Below, piece by piece: positions 1 through 8,422 of a stretch of 41,309 bases of DNA. The stretch covers positions 1-41,309 of the forward strand of contig JAYSVC010000030.1 in the NCBI GenBank assembly GCA_043718735.1, written 5' to 3'. The position numbers and the translations under genes are program-made. Source of the DNA: a bacterium (GTDB taxonomy: Bacteria > Patescibacteriota > Minisyncoccia > Phycocordibacterales > UBA5272). The first letter of the stretch is position 1, and each line of letters starts with the position of its first letter. The notes under the pieces are model-generated. The model was not told the DNA's origin. It worked only from the letters and a program-made list of their open reading frames with translations, and did no database searches.

Positions 1-24
1 ACCTTCACTGAATCTCGGTATCAT
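1..24 (-). CDS. 5' end (first 8 codons, MIPRFSEG) of a CDS continuing beyond the window edge
   Basis: ATG at 22-24 on the minus strand, preceded by AAGGAG (31-36) at 6-nt spacing. The frame stays open to position 1. Confidence 0.35.
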
Positions 25-102
25 ACATATCTCCTTTTCAAATTAGCACATATCATAATGTGTACCCCACAATACTAATATAATTTAAAATTAAATGCAA
101 AT

Positions 103-144
103 AAAAAAACACCGAGCCTTGAAAATTAATTCAAAACTCAGTGT
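103..144 (-). terminator. Possible rho-independent terminator downstream of CDS 167-586
   Basis: 8-bp stem with one mismatch (109-116 / 137-144). It is followed on the minus strand by a U-run (A-run 103-109 on plus). The loop is long, about 20 nt. Confidence 0.35.
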
Positions 145-166
145 CTATAGATTTTAGAGTATTTTT

Positions 167-586
167 TTAGATTCCAAAATAAAAACCTTTATGAAAACCA
201 AATTGATAAGTAAGTGAAACTTGTTCTCCTTCATATTTACCTGATAACAATTTTTCTATGTCTGGCCAAAATGACTCTTCTAAATCTGCACTATAAATAC
301 CTCCAGAGTTGACGCCGAACACATCGTGAGATTTATCAGCCTCTTTAAGAGATACGCCACCATGCTTAAAGGCGATCTTACCATCTTTATAAGATATATC
401 AGCATTGCCAATCTGAGACGCCCTCGCAAAAGTAATAGCAAAAGATTCAGATTCAAATTTACCCAGTCCGTAAAGCTTAAAACCTTTGATTTTTTTCTTA
501 TCTTTTGAATCCTTAAAAACAAGCTCAAAATGAAGATCATCTGATACTGATTGCGGTATAGTTCGCAGATTGGAAAATTTATCCAT
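167..586 (-). CDS. Hypothetical protein (139 aa)
   Basis: Clean ORF with AAGGA-type SD upstream. No family motif recognised. Confidence 0.6.
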   Translation of the reverse strand: MDKFSNLRTIPQSVSDDLHFELVFKDSKDKKKIKGFKLYGLGKFESESFAITFARASQIGNADISYKDGKIAFKHGGVSLKEADKSHDVFGVNSGGIYSADLEESFWPDIEKLLSGKYEGEQVSLTYQFGFHKGFYFGI

Positions 587-645
587 GTTTATATCCTTAA
601 AAATTAATGAACGTAAAAAATATTTATAAATAAATATTCTTTTTT

Positions 646-675
646 AGAATAACATAATAAATATATATTTGTCAA
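646..675 (-). promoter_or_regulatory. Sigma70-type promoter, TTGACA-N18-TATTCT with TGT extended -10
   Basis: Minus-strand TTGACA at 670-675, TGT at 652-654, TATTCT at 646-651. Lies upstream of CDS 167-586. Confidence 0.45.
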
Positions 676-694
676 GTAAATATAAGATATATAC

Positions 695-1498
695 CTAATG
701 ACTATCCTTACTCGTCATCACAAGCAATGAATAATACACCGTGATAAGCGCCATAAACACTATCGCCTGCACTACACCCACGAGTATTCCCATGCCCATC
801 CATATAGCTGGCACACCAATAGAAAGTGAACCCAGTAATATTATCATCAACACTTCATGTGCGAACATATTACCAAAGAGACGAAGTGACAATGAGACTA
901 CTTTTGCCAGCTCACCGATGATTTCTATTAGCCCCACAAAGAACTCAACGATACCAAGGAAGCCTGCACCCAATGATTTTCTAAAACCACTAATTATTGG
1001 TTTTATTTTTATAAAGTGTGACAAGTGTGAGAAGAATCCATTCTCAACCGCACCTACGATGTGTATGATAACAACTGCAGCAAGGGCGAGGGAAAATGTA
1101 GTATTAAAGTCCGCAGTTGAAGCCGAGAACATGTGATGTCCATGAAAAGTAATAGATGTGAGACCAGGAATAAGTGATGCTAAGTTAGAAAATAAAATAA
1201 AAAGGAATACTGACCCGACATAAGGCAATATCAATCTTGCTTTCTTTTTATCACCCACTATCTTCTCTATAAAATCTAGTACAAAAAGCACTAGCATCTC
1301 CATCACGTGTTGAAAATAATTAGGAATGAGTTTAAACTTATTAGTTTTAAAAGCCAAATAAGTAAAAACAAACACAGCAAGCAGTGACATCATCGTCGCA
1401 GGAGAAAAAGTAAAAGGCCCAAATGAAAATAATTCATGAGGAAATATGCTGGGTAATTCTTCTTTTACTTGCAGTATGTGACTTATCTTTTCTGACAT
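695..1498 (-). CDS. atpB: F0F1 ATP synthase subunit a
   Basis: Polytopic membrane protein with the subunit-a signature LSLRLFGNMFAHEVL. The ATG at 1498 is preferred over the TTG at 1525 used by the ORF track. Confidence 0.9.
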   Translation of the reverse strand: MSEKISHILQVKEELPSIFPHELFSFGPFTFSPATMMSLLAVFVFTYLAFKTNKFKLIPNYFQHVMEMLVLFVLDFIEKIVGDKKKARLILPYVGSVFLFILFSNLASLIPGLTSITFHGHHMFSASTADFNTTFSLALAAVVIIHIVGAVENGFFSHLSHFIKIKPIISGFRKSLGAGFLGIVEFFVGLIEIIGELAKVVSLSLRLFGNMFAHEVLMIILLGSLSIGVPAIWMGMGILVGVVQAIVFMALITVYYSLLVMTSKDSH

Positions 1499-1558
1499 AA
1501 TTTTATTTTTATACCTGACAACCAATCAAGTGATTCAAAAGTGTTTAAATATTGTAGT

Positions 1559-1567
1559 ATTATAACA
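1559..1567 (-). promoter_or_regulatory. Extended -10 element TGTTATAAT upstream of atpB
   Basis: Exact TGTTATAAT on the minus strand. The -35 is weak. Confidence 0.4.
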
Positions 1568-1599
1568 CAAAAGAAGTGAAAAATAAATAATTTTAACCC

Positions 1600-1627
1600 T
1601 TGCTATTACTCCACATAAGAGTATACT
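1600..1627 (+). promoter_or_regulatory. Promoter TTGCTA-N16-TATACT
   Basis: TTGCTA at 1600-1605 and TATACT at 1622-1627, upstream of the small membrane gene. Confidence 0.45.
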
Positions 1628-1670
1628 GAATCTAGTGGAAGGTCTTTTATTAAAAATAATAAAAAAAATC

Positions 1671-1823
1671 ATGCTAACAAAAATTGCAACGATTCTGGTT
1701 ATATTATGGTTAATTGGTTATCTTGGTTTCCCTGTTTTGGGTGGGCTTATACATATATTACTCGTAATAGCGGTTATCGTTATATTACTAAGAGTAATCG
1801 GGGGAGAAAATCCACTTAAGTAG
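1671..1823 (+). CDS. Small membrane protein, lmo0937-family-like (50 aa)
   Basis: ILVILWLIGYLGFPVLGGLIHILLVIAVIVILLRVIGG matches the remembered lmo0937-type pattern. The ATG at 1671 is preferred over the GTG at 1635. Confidence 0.7.
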   Translation: MLTKIATILVILWLIGYLGFPVLGGLIHILLVIAVIVILLRVIGGENPLK

Positions 1824-1836
1824 TTGTGGTAAAATT

Positions 1837-1866
1837 AAAAGGCAGACCTTCCATTGTCTGCCTTTT
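1837..1866. terminator. Bidirectional rho-independent terminator
   Basis: Stem GGCAGAC (1841-1847) / GTCTGCC (1856-1862), flanked by an A-run and a T-run. Lies between convergent genes. Confidence 0.75.
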
Positions 1867-1891
1867 GATTTAGTTAGATCTATCTTTTAGA

Positions 1892-2878
1892 TTAGTTCCT
1901 TCCTTTATCCTTTTTATTTTCTTTATGGTCTCTATCTTCCCTGTCCTCTCTTTCTTCTTTATCTTTTTTATCCTCTCTTTCTCTATTTTCTTTAGCTTCT
2001 TTTTTTAATCTTTTTTCTTCTTTTTTATTATCTTTTTTTACTTTTTCAACAAAAGAAACACATTTACCTTGATTTTTAAAAGTTGGATTTGTAAAATTCT
2101 TCCATAACCTATTTTTACATTGATTCTTATTTGTTGGTCCATTTACTATTGGTGTAGTAGTAGCATTAGTAGTGCTAGACGTTACTGTAAACAAGGTTAC
2201 AGATGAAGTACTAACATTTTCTGCTCTATCTATAGCACGTATTAATAATGTATGACTACCTATACCTAAGTTAGTAGTAAACGTAGTATTAAGTAAATTA
2301 TTAAACCAAGTACTAGTACCATTAACACTATATTCATATCTTGCTACTCCTGACAAATTATCAGATGATGTTCCAAATGACCACACTTGAGATCCTGTAG
2401 TTGTAGTAGACACCGGTGCAACATTAGAAGTCAGAACGATTCCTACTGGTGCTTGTGGTGCTGTATTGTCTACTGTAATTTTTGAAGTTGATGACCAAGC
2501 GCTACTTGTAGCTAGACTAGTGCTAGCAGCAGACAAGTCTAATGCACGCACATGCCAGTAATATACACCTTCAGATGTTCCTGATGTAGATATTGATGAA
2601 CTAGCAAGATTACTAGATACAAAAACTGGTGTTAAAAAGCTACCATTAGCTTTTGTACTAGTGCTGTGTGAAGATTCATAATTATAAGCTACTGTTGATG
2701 TGCCGACTAATATATCAGTCCAATCAACATTTGTAAAGTTAACCGTCTTAAGCGTGGCATTATCAGCTGGACTTATATGTGTTGGGGTAGGGATAGACGT
2801 AGTTACTACTTGTGCAATAGCAAAAGCAGGCATAGTAACAAAGAGTATTCCTAAAATTATTTTATTTAAGTATTTCAT
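1892..2878 (-). CDS. Secreted protein with Ig-like/beta-rich S/T-rich body and highly charged K/E/R/D C-terminal tail
   Basis: N-terminal signal peptide (ILGILFVTMPAFAIAQ). RAIDRAENVS is a Big-like motif. The last ~50 aa are almost only K, E, R and D. Confidence 0.7.
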   Translation of the reverse strand: MKYLNKIILGILFVTMPAFAIAQVVTTSIPTPTHISPADNATLKTVNFTNVDWTDILVGTSTVAYNYESSHSTSTKANGSFLTPVFVSSNLASSSISTSGTSEGVYYWHVRALDLSAASTSLATSSAWSSTSKITVDNTAPQAPVGIVLTSNVAPVSTTTTGSQVWSFGTSSDNLSGVARYEYSVNGTSTWFNNLLNTTFTTNLGIGSHTLLIRAIDRAENVSTSSVTLFTVTSSTTNATTTPIVNGPTNKNQCKNRLWKNFTNPTFKNQGKCVSFVEKVKKDNKKEEKRLKKEAKENREREDKKDKEEREDREDRDHKENKKDKGRN

Positions 2879-3034
2879 ATTTTAATTGTTTTATATTGAG
2901 ATGAAGAAGTATATAACCTCTCCTATACTATATAACAAAAGGGGGTGACCTAGAGTGACAAGTAGATTTTTAGTATTTTACCATAACACATAATACAAAT
3001 ATGTAAAATGAAAACAAAAATCAAAAGAAATGTA

Positions 3035-3043
3035 TGTTATAAT
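3035..3043 (+). promoter_or_regulatory. Extended -10 element TGTTATAAT upstream of CDS 3058-3780
   Basis: Exact TGTTATAAT. It lies 14 nt before the ATG, so the leader is very short and no SD is visible. Confidence 0.4.
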
Positions 3044-3057
3044 ATAAAAAGATAAAT

Positions 3058-3780
3058 ATGAGCAAACAAATAATAGCCAATACCGAATCAGAAGAATATA
3101 AAAAAGCTAGATACCATTACTTGTTACAAGTTATTTTTGGTGAGACGCTGGCTATTAATTATTGTAATGTCATAGCCAGCTTTGCTCCGAATGAAAATGC
3201 AAAAAACTTTTTGATAAAACAACAAGCCGATGAAGACAGACACTTAGAAGCCCTGACTGACTACATGAACATACCCAGTGGGCCTGATGTAAAAATCTCA
3301 AGACACATGGGTGACGTACACAAAGTCATGGATAAAGTTTTAGAAGAAAAAGATTATGCAGGCTCAATACTAATACAGAACTTTATAGCGGAGGGGTTAG
3401 TAATCATTCTATTACAAGAGATGTCAAAGCATGGTGATGCCAGCCTCAAGCAATTATGTGACTCGATAAATCATGATGAAGTGTCTCATGTTCAATTTGG
3501 AGTGAGTGAGCTGAAGAGAATATTGTCTGAACATGATGGAGTGAGGGGTAAGAAATTAAATAGAAAATTAGCAACGTTACAAAGAAAAGTTCTTTTTCAT
3601 GGTGTATTACTTTTTGCTGACCTCGCTCGTGAAGCGAGACATCTTGGTATCAAGTGGGATGACTTGGCTGATAAAGTTTTAGAGGATCATTATGCCAGGA
3701 TAAGAGAAGCTGATTTTCACATACCTTTTTATGACAAGATAATGCTAAAGGTAGCCATTTGGTTTTTTATAGTAGTTTAG
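3058..3780 (+). CDS. Ferritin-like di-iron carboxylate protein (240 aa), function unknown
   Basis: Two ExxH motifs (EDRHLE, HDEVSH) plus upstream carboxylates (GETLA, AEGL) with four-helix-bundle spacing. Confidence 0.6.
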   Translation: MSKQIIANTESEEYKKARYHYLLQVIFGETLAINYCNVIASFAPNENAKNFLIKQQADEDRHLEALTDYMNIPSGPDVKISRHMGDVHKVMDKVLEEKDYAGSILIQNFIAEGLVIILLQEMSKHGDASLKQLCDSINHDEVSHVQFGVSELKRILSEHDGVRGKKLNRKLATLQRKVLFHGVLLFADLAREARHLGIKWDDLADKVLEDHYARIREADFHIPFYDKIMLKVAIWFFIVV

Positions 3781-3801
3781 AATAAATAATTCTAGCAAAT
3801 T

Positions 3802-3835
3802 AAAAAGCATCAAGTCTTAGTTAAGACTTGATGCT
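3802..3835. terminator. Bidirectional terminator (perfect 14-bp palindrome)
   Basis: AGCATCAAGTCTTA (3806-3819) pairs with TAAGACTTGATGCT (3822-3835). An A-run precedes it. Lies between convergent genes. Confidence 0.7.
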
Positions 3836-3851
3836 TGCTTATGATTACAAA

Positions 3852-4082
3852 TTAATTAAACCCATTAATGAAATGCTCTGCTGCTGCCCTGTCTGAAGCT
3901 GTTAAAAGCAACATAGTGCCTACGAGAACACTACCTGCAGTGAGTTCATTTTTAGAAAGATCAGACATCATTGATGCACAGGCTTGTCTTATCTCAGTTT
4001 GGCTACCCTGACCAAGCAAGGCCAAGGCCCTTTCTTTGCACCATTGCAGATACTCTGCTCTTGTTTCTATGGCTTGATTCAT
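3852..4082 (-). CDS. Hypothetical small protein (76 aa)
   Basis: ATG at 4082 with AAGGA SD. The longer ORF-track start at 4157 would lie inside the promoter -35 box. Confidence 0.5.
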   Translation of the reverse strand: MNQAIETRAEYLQWCKERALALLGQGSQTEIRQACASMMSDLSKNELTAGSVLVGTMLLLTASDRAAAEHFINGFN

Positions 4083-4127
4083 GGCAAGTTTCCTTATAAA
4101 GTTAAAATGAATTAGAATTACCAAATA

Positions 4128-4157
4128 AATATAACATAATAAAACTATTCTTGTCAA
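4128..4157 (-). promoter_or_regulatory. Promoter TTGACA-N18-TATATT with TGT extended -10
   Basis: Minus-strand TTGACA at 4152-4157, TGT at 4134-4136, TATATT at 4128-4133. Confidence 0.5.
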
Positions 4158-4192
4158 GTCCGTAAATACTATACTTTTATCTTATATTTATT

Positions 4193-4534
4193 TTAAAAAG
4201 ATTTTATTTTAGTTAATACACAATGAATAGCTGAAGCAAGTATTGTCCAGTAGAAGATAATACCAATAGCAAAAAATGGTGGCGGTGTGTCCGGCTCACG
4301 ACGTAGTAGGTCAAAATATGGCATCAATGGTCCTATCAAAATCATTTTGATAGGTAGTATGATATCGGAGACCACCCTCTTCCACCCTATGAGCGAGTCG
4401 CTACCAGTTCTAAGCACTGAGTCAGGTAGCTGGGGGAATCCTCGCACACCAGTAGACCCGAGTAGTGAAGTAGTGATGAACATAAAAGTAGAACTACAAA
4501 GAAAGAAAATAAAAACAAATTTTGTTCTAGACAT
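4193..4534 (-). CDS. Hypothetical membrane protein (113 aa)
   Basis: Hydrophobic N- and C-terminal segments. Lies 8 nt downstream of the preceding gene. Confidence 0.5.
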   Translation of the reverse strand: MSRTKFVFIFFLCSSTFMFITTSLLGSTGVRGFPQLPDSVLRTGSDSLIGWKRVVSDIILPIKMILIGPLMPYFDLLRREPDTPPPFFAIGIIFYWTILASAIHCVLTKIKSF

Positions 4535-4541
4535 GTTGATG

Positions 4542-5531
4542 TTAAGGTTGAAATACTGGTTTTGTATATACTATCGATTTTACATTAGCAAATTGTTTTG
4601 CTGTTGCTTCTAATTGAGCTTGTAAGACTTTTGCTCTACATGATCCCCCGCTCGTCCTATTGTTAGGATCAGCTAGGTCGATAGTCAACACTCCAGCATT
4701 TGAGATAAAAGCACTCTTTAGCTCAACACCACTCAGTGGATACTCCGAGCTTATGCCACTATTTTTCTCAGCAAGAGTGAGTTCTCCTTTTAAAAATAGA
4801 CGAAGAGTGTCCTGAAGAGGTGTCTGTGTGATAGGGACAGATCTTTGCACTGGCACGAGTCCTTTTGCAGAACATAGAATATTCCCATTTATATCTTTGT
4901 CGAGTACACTATTATAATAATAAAGATTTACAGAGCGCTGATTTTTGTTAACATCAAAACGAACAGGAACCCTAAAAGATCTCTCATTTTCAGGGAGGCC
5001 ACTCGGATTATCATTTTTAAAGATAAGAGTTCCTGTTTCTGTGGTTGGATTTGCAAAAGTTATTGTAATCTTAAATGGGACAAAAGCAGATGTCATCCAG
5101 TCTGATTGGGCTGTAGCTGGACCTTGGAACAATATCTTGCCGTTTGCGTCCACTAGCTGCACCGGAAAAGATGCTTCAAAATACCAACCTTTTGCCTCCC
5201 CCTCTATTGTAATCGGACTTTGGATGACTTGACCAGATGTTAATCCATAAATCTTAATCTCGTCATTGCCGAGAGGAGTGCTTACTCCATTTCCTGTGTC
5301 TGGATTGGTTGGTGTAGCCTGCTCTGAACTATTGATAAATGTTTTCCCATCTGGAGTTTTGCACTGCGGAGGATAACTTTCAAGTATCGGATACCCTGCT
5401 CGCCTACACTCTTCAAATGTAGATATCAAGTTATAACTATTATTTTTGTAAAAATAAAAGAATGCTCCTGTTAATAAGATTATTAAAAGTATCAGAACTG
5501 TGACAATTTTCTTTTGTGTAGTGTTTTTCAT
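4542..5531 (-). CDS. Membrane-anchored protein with Gmad2-like Ig domain and GerMN-like domain
   Basis: N-terminal TM segment. IKIYGLTSGQVIQSPITIEGEAKGWYFEASFPVQLVD resembles Gmad2. The C-terminal half resembles GerMN. Both calls are from memory. Confidence 0.6.
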   Translation of the reverse strand: MKNTTQKKIVTVLILLIILLTGAFFYFYKNNSYNLISTFEECRRAGYPILESYPPQCKTPDGKTFINSSEQATPTNPDTGNGVSTPLGNDEIKIYGLTSGQVIQSPITIEGEAKGWYFEASFPVQLVDANGKILFQGPATAQSDWMTSAFVPFKITITFANPTTETGTLIFKNDNPSGLPENERSFRVPVRFDVNKNQRSVNLYYYNSVLDKDINGNILCSAKGLVPVQRSVPITQTPLQDTLRLFLKGELTLAEKNSGISSEYPLSGVELKSAFISNAGVLTIDLADPNNRTSGGSCRAKVLQAQLEATAKQFANVKSIVYTKPVFQP

Positions 5532-5647
5532 ATTTTGTTTTGTAATTTATTTTATAATTTACCTCTCTATTATAAGAATATACCTAATTTGATAAATAGT
5601 CCAGTGTAGAGATTTGTTACAGAAATGTATAGACTGTAGGTTAAATA

Positions 5648-5857
5648 TTAAAAATCACCATTTAAATATTTACCAGCAATACTAAGGGCAAATGAAGGCA
5701 ATATTACACAAGCGTCAATAAGCAAAAGCTGGTGAAGTCTTTGATTCCATAATGATGGATTGTTTCCATCTGGCCCACCGACTAAAACTGATATTATACC
5801 TACAATACCAAAGGAGACAGAAGAATAAATAAAAACTTTTGTAGCCATCTTTTGCAT
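5648..5857 (-). CDS. Small membrane protein (69 aa)
   Basis: Two hydrophobic helices. No family recognised. Confidence 0.45.
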   Translation of the reverse strand: MQKMATKVFIYSSVSFGIVGIISVLVGGPDGNNPSLWNQRLHQLLLIDACVILPSFALSIAGKYLNGDF

Positions 5858-5968
5858 AGTTTTATTATAGCATGCTTAGTACTGTGCAAGTAGACTCTTA
5901 TTCAAAGAGAAAAGATATAAATTGCAAGCAAAACAATGATTAAATGCTTAGCTAGGATAGGTTTTCTT

Positions 5969-5996
5969 TTTGCTTGCATTTAAGCATGCAAGCAAA
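5969..5996. repeat. Perfect 11-bp inverted repeat TTTGCTTGCAT / ATGCAAGCAAA with 6-nt spacer
   Basis: Arms at 5969-5979 and 5986-5996. A third TGCAAGCAAA copy sits at about 5922-5931. No flanking U-run on either strand. Confidence 0.6.
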
Positions 5997-5997
5997 T

Positions 5998-7443
5998 TTA
6001 ACTTTTATTCAGATTAAGGTCTTCACTGTTAGAGAGTTTATACTTAGTGTTTTTAGTAGAATTTTCTATCTGTATTTTAACAAGCAAACCTTGTGAAACC
6101 CATTTTGTAAACAATCTTGACATCTTATGAAGTTGTGCTATATTGGTCAACTCTCTTGCTTTGGAATTGTTTATGTAATGATTAGACAAAAGATACTCTT
6201 TAACTTTTTCCCACTCATCTTGCCTCTTCTCATTAAGCAAAACAACTTTTATAGAGTCTTCGTAAATTGGATAAGATAAGTAAATTGGATCATAAAGATT
6301 TTGCTCTCGCATTTCGTTTCTCATGGCCTGAACACCTTCATTTCTATCAAGATTAGGTTGTTCTGGAAATTCTCTCAGATGCTTTACTATTAAATCATTT
6401 CTATACCCATCTGCTCTAACGCGTCCGATATTTGATGTTGTTATGTTGTATGGGAATAATCCTGGATTAATTATTTCAATCCTGTCCTCAAATATACTTA
6501 TTTCTATATCTCTTTTAATAAAATAATCTCTATGGATAATTGAATTTGTTATAGCCTCTTTTACTGCACGTTCTGGTATTTGATATTTAGTTAGAAACCC
6601 AGAATGTATTTCTATCCCATTTCTCAGTAGAAGTAACACATAATCTTGAGTATCTTTTATTATTTTTATAAGTGGTCCTTCTAAGGTTTTTGGTATCCCT
6701 TTTAGATTCGGAACTTCACCAAAAGTTTCAATTGTGCCAGAATACTGAAAAACTCTCACAGCACACTTTGTATCTAATATATTGGTTGGATGGAGTGCAA
6801 ATAACAATACAGAAGCTCTGGTTGGCAATAATATCCCTTGCTCATTTTTTCTTGCTAAACCTGTGCTAAATAATGTGTCTCGTATTGAACTTATAGGCAA
6901 TTCTCTAAACTGCTTCCAAGATTCATAGTGCTCTGTGTTCAATAATTCAAAATCTACATCCACAAGCTCTATGTCTGCTTTTTCAAAACCTTTAGCATAG
7001 CTCATTTTTATAATCTCTTGAGGAGATAGCTTTTTATTACTTTTATTTTGTCTTATCCATACCTCATTATTTATAGAATGAAATACATTAGGACTTTTTT
7101 GAATAGTTAGGTGCACAATTGTTTTATTAACAATTTCATCTTTAATTTTTATAGGGATCCAAATATTTCCAATTGGAGGAACAATTTTCTGCACCTCTCT
7201 ACCAATCTCATCAAATAAATCCATATTTTCTTCTAAGCCAAATATTCTATCTCTTCCTTTTAATTTTGTTTTTTCTGGGTCATCAATTCCAAAAAAAATT
7301 ACACCCCCTTCCATGTTAGACATCGCAACTATGGTCTGAATAATCTTAGTCACAACCTTATCACCTTTCAATCTTTTGAATTCTATTTTTTGAGTTTCTT
7401 CCGGAATGGCAAGAATTTTGTCGACAATTTCTTTATCTAGCAT
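5998..7443 (-). CDS. AlbA_2 (Schlafen-like) DNA-binding domain + HATPase_c_4 ATP-binding protein (COG2865-type)
   Basis: N-terminal EETQKIEFKR is an AlbA_2 motif. AVKEAITNSIIHRDY is an HATPase_c_4 motif. The C-terminal part looks wHTH-like. Confidence 0.7.
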   Translation of the reverse strand: MLDKEIVDKILAIPEETQKIEFKRLKGDKVVTKIIQTIVAMSNMEGGVIFFGIDDPEKTKLKGRDRIFGLEENMDLFDEIGREVQKIVPPIGNIWIPIKIKDEIVNKTIVHLTIQKSPNVFHSINNEVWIRQNKSNKKLSPQEIIKMSYAKGFEKADIELVDVDFELLNTEHYESWKQFRELPISSIRDTLFSTGLARKNEQGILLPTRASVLLFALHPTNILDTKCAVRVFQYSGTIETFGEVPNLKGIPKTLEGPLIKIIKDTQDYVLLLLRNGIEIHSGFLTKYQIPERAVKEAITNSIIHRDYFIKRDIEISIFEDRIEIINPGLFPYNITTSNIGRVRADGYRNDLIVKHLREFPEQPNLDRNEGVQAMRNEMREQNLYDPIYLSYPIYEDSIKVVLLNEKRQDEWEKVKEYLLSNHYINNSKARELTNIAQLHKMSRLFTKWVSQGLLVKIQIENSTKNTKYKLSNSEDLNLNKS

Positions 7444-7461
7444 GAGGTTATTTATAATATA

Positions 7462-7490
7462 ATTATAACATTTTTACTTTAAATTTGTAA
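7462..7490 (-). promoter_or_regulatory. Promoter TTACAA-N17-TATAAT with TGT extended -10
   Basis: Minus-strand TTACAA at 7485-7490, TGT at 7468-7470, TATAAT at 7462-7467. Confidence 0.5.
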
Positions 7491-7541
7491 ATTAAAAAAC
7501 ACTTTTTTTACAAAACAGGAAAACTTAATGTGCACAATAAT

Positions 7542-7568
7542 AAAAACCAGACGCGAGGTCTGGTTTTT
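7542..7568 (-). terminator. Rho-independent terminator (possibly the native terminator of the tRNA-Lys/tRNA-Asn unit, now separated by the island)
   Basis: Stem CCAGAC (7547-7552) / GTCTGG (7558-7563), with an A-run before it and a T-run after it. Confidence 0.7.
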
Positions 7569-7688
7569 ATTATTTTGCTCCCTATACTGGACGAGTTCAG
7601 AACTGTTAACTGGGGTAAAATTGAGAGTGATTTAAGGTATAGTGGTCTCTTTGGATTATTTGAAATTAAAGAACTTCAAAACTTTTGA

Positions 7689-8363
7689 TTATAAGATATT
7701 TAATGGTTTATACGTCTTCTTCAACTTTTTAACAGTTTTCTCAAAATATCTTTTTGCTTTTAAGCTTTTGAATGGCCATATTTTTTGCACTCTATTAAAA
7801 AATGCTCTTGTAAAGTGTCTGATTATTAATTCATTATCTATTCCGTATATTTCATAAATATAACCAAAAGACAGCGATAATATCTCGTCACTCATCAAAG
7901 TTATTTGCTTGAATGCTTTAGCTTCACTAATTTTTAACGGGTTGGACAGTCTTCCTTTTATATTAACTTTTTTACCTTTTTTAGGTAAACCAACATAAAC
8001 ACTATTCTGTTTAACGCTCTCTAATTTACCTTTCGAGACACCTTCAAGAAATCTTTTATGAGTATCTCCGTGTTCAGACCAATTATTAAAATAAGAATTA
8101 TGGAAAAAATAACTCTGTTTACCTAAATGACTATAAAACATATTTAAAAAATCTTGTTCAAGTTCGCCTAAACCATCATCCCAGTGGAGACCTTTTTCAA
8201 CCATATGGACTTTACCTATTTCTTCTAGTGCAAGAATTGATAAAAAGTATGCACTAGCAAAAGATTTTTTCTTATGTAAATGTATAGAGTCTTTATGTAA
8301 TCTAACAGCGTTATGAAAAGAGAGTTCTCCTATCTTTTCTAGTTTTTTACTACTTATTCCCAT
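7689..8363 (-). CDS. AbiV-like (HEPN) abortive-infection protein
   Basis: SFASAYFLSILALEEIGKV resembles the AbiV/HEPN N-terminal signature. The size, 224 aa, is typical. The call is from memory. Confidence 0.55.
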   Translation of the reverse strand: MGISSKKLEKIGELSFHNAVRLHKDSIHLHKKKSFASAYFLSILALEEIGKVHMVEKGLHWDDGLGELEQDFLNMFYSHLGKQSYFFHNSYFNNWSEHGDTHKRFLEGVSKGKLESVKQNSVYVGLPKKGKKVNIKGRLSNPLKISEAKAFKQITLMSDEILSLSFGYIYEIYGIDNELIIRHFTRAFFNRVQKIWPFKSLKAKRYFEKTVKKLKKTYKPLNIL

Positions 8364-8422
8364 CTCATAATTATATCATGACACCTTACTTTTCTTTACA
8401 TTTTATTGTATAATTACAGTTA

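Noticed and set aside
280-540. ORFs 280-540 (-) and 326-508 (+) inside or antisense to CDS 167-586. Similar shadow ORFs occur elsewhere, including 741-1136, 2700-2885, 4287-4613, 4945-5232, 6672-6869, 8824-9093, 9196-9441 and 11008-11190. Others are 11798-11989, 12362-12615, 14587-14784, the antisense ORFs within 15904-18669, 18886-19683, 20187-20417, 21525-21740 and 22866-23060. The remainder are 24346-24582, 24713-24937, 25261-25491, 26223-26411, 27260-27541, 27719-27904, 28397-28648, 29483-29731, the ORFs within ileS, 34499-34693, 35465-35806, 36217-36630, 36956-37168, 37566-37781 and 37815-38147.
   Set aside because: All overlap longer ORFs that carry clear family motifs or better coding logic. 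Their products are low-complexity, as expected from AT-rich shadow frames.
4083-4157. Longer 101-aa version of CDS 3852-4157
   Set aside because: The extension would start inside the TTGACA -35 box and encodes only hydrophobic, AT-driven residues. The internal ATG at 4082 has an SD.
7571-7613. Possible displaced tRNA 3' fragment at the left island end (TGCTCCCTATACTGGACGAGTTCAGAAC)
   Set aside because: I could not build a T-arm or acceptor pairing on either strand. Only 5-7-nt identities to tRNA-Asn exist, so it is treated as candidate att cores rather than a tRNA remnant.
7642-7857. ORF 7642-7857 (+), 71 aa
   Set aside because: It is mostly antisense to the AbiV-like gene, has a GTG start and gives a low-complexity product. 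The adjacent frame (7578-7688) is only relevant as a possible recombinase extension after excision.
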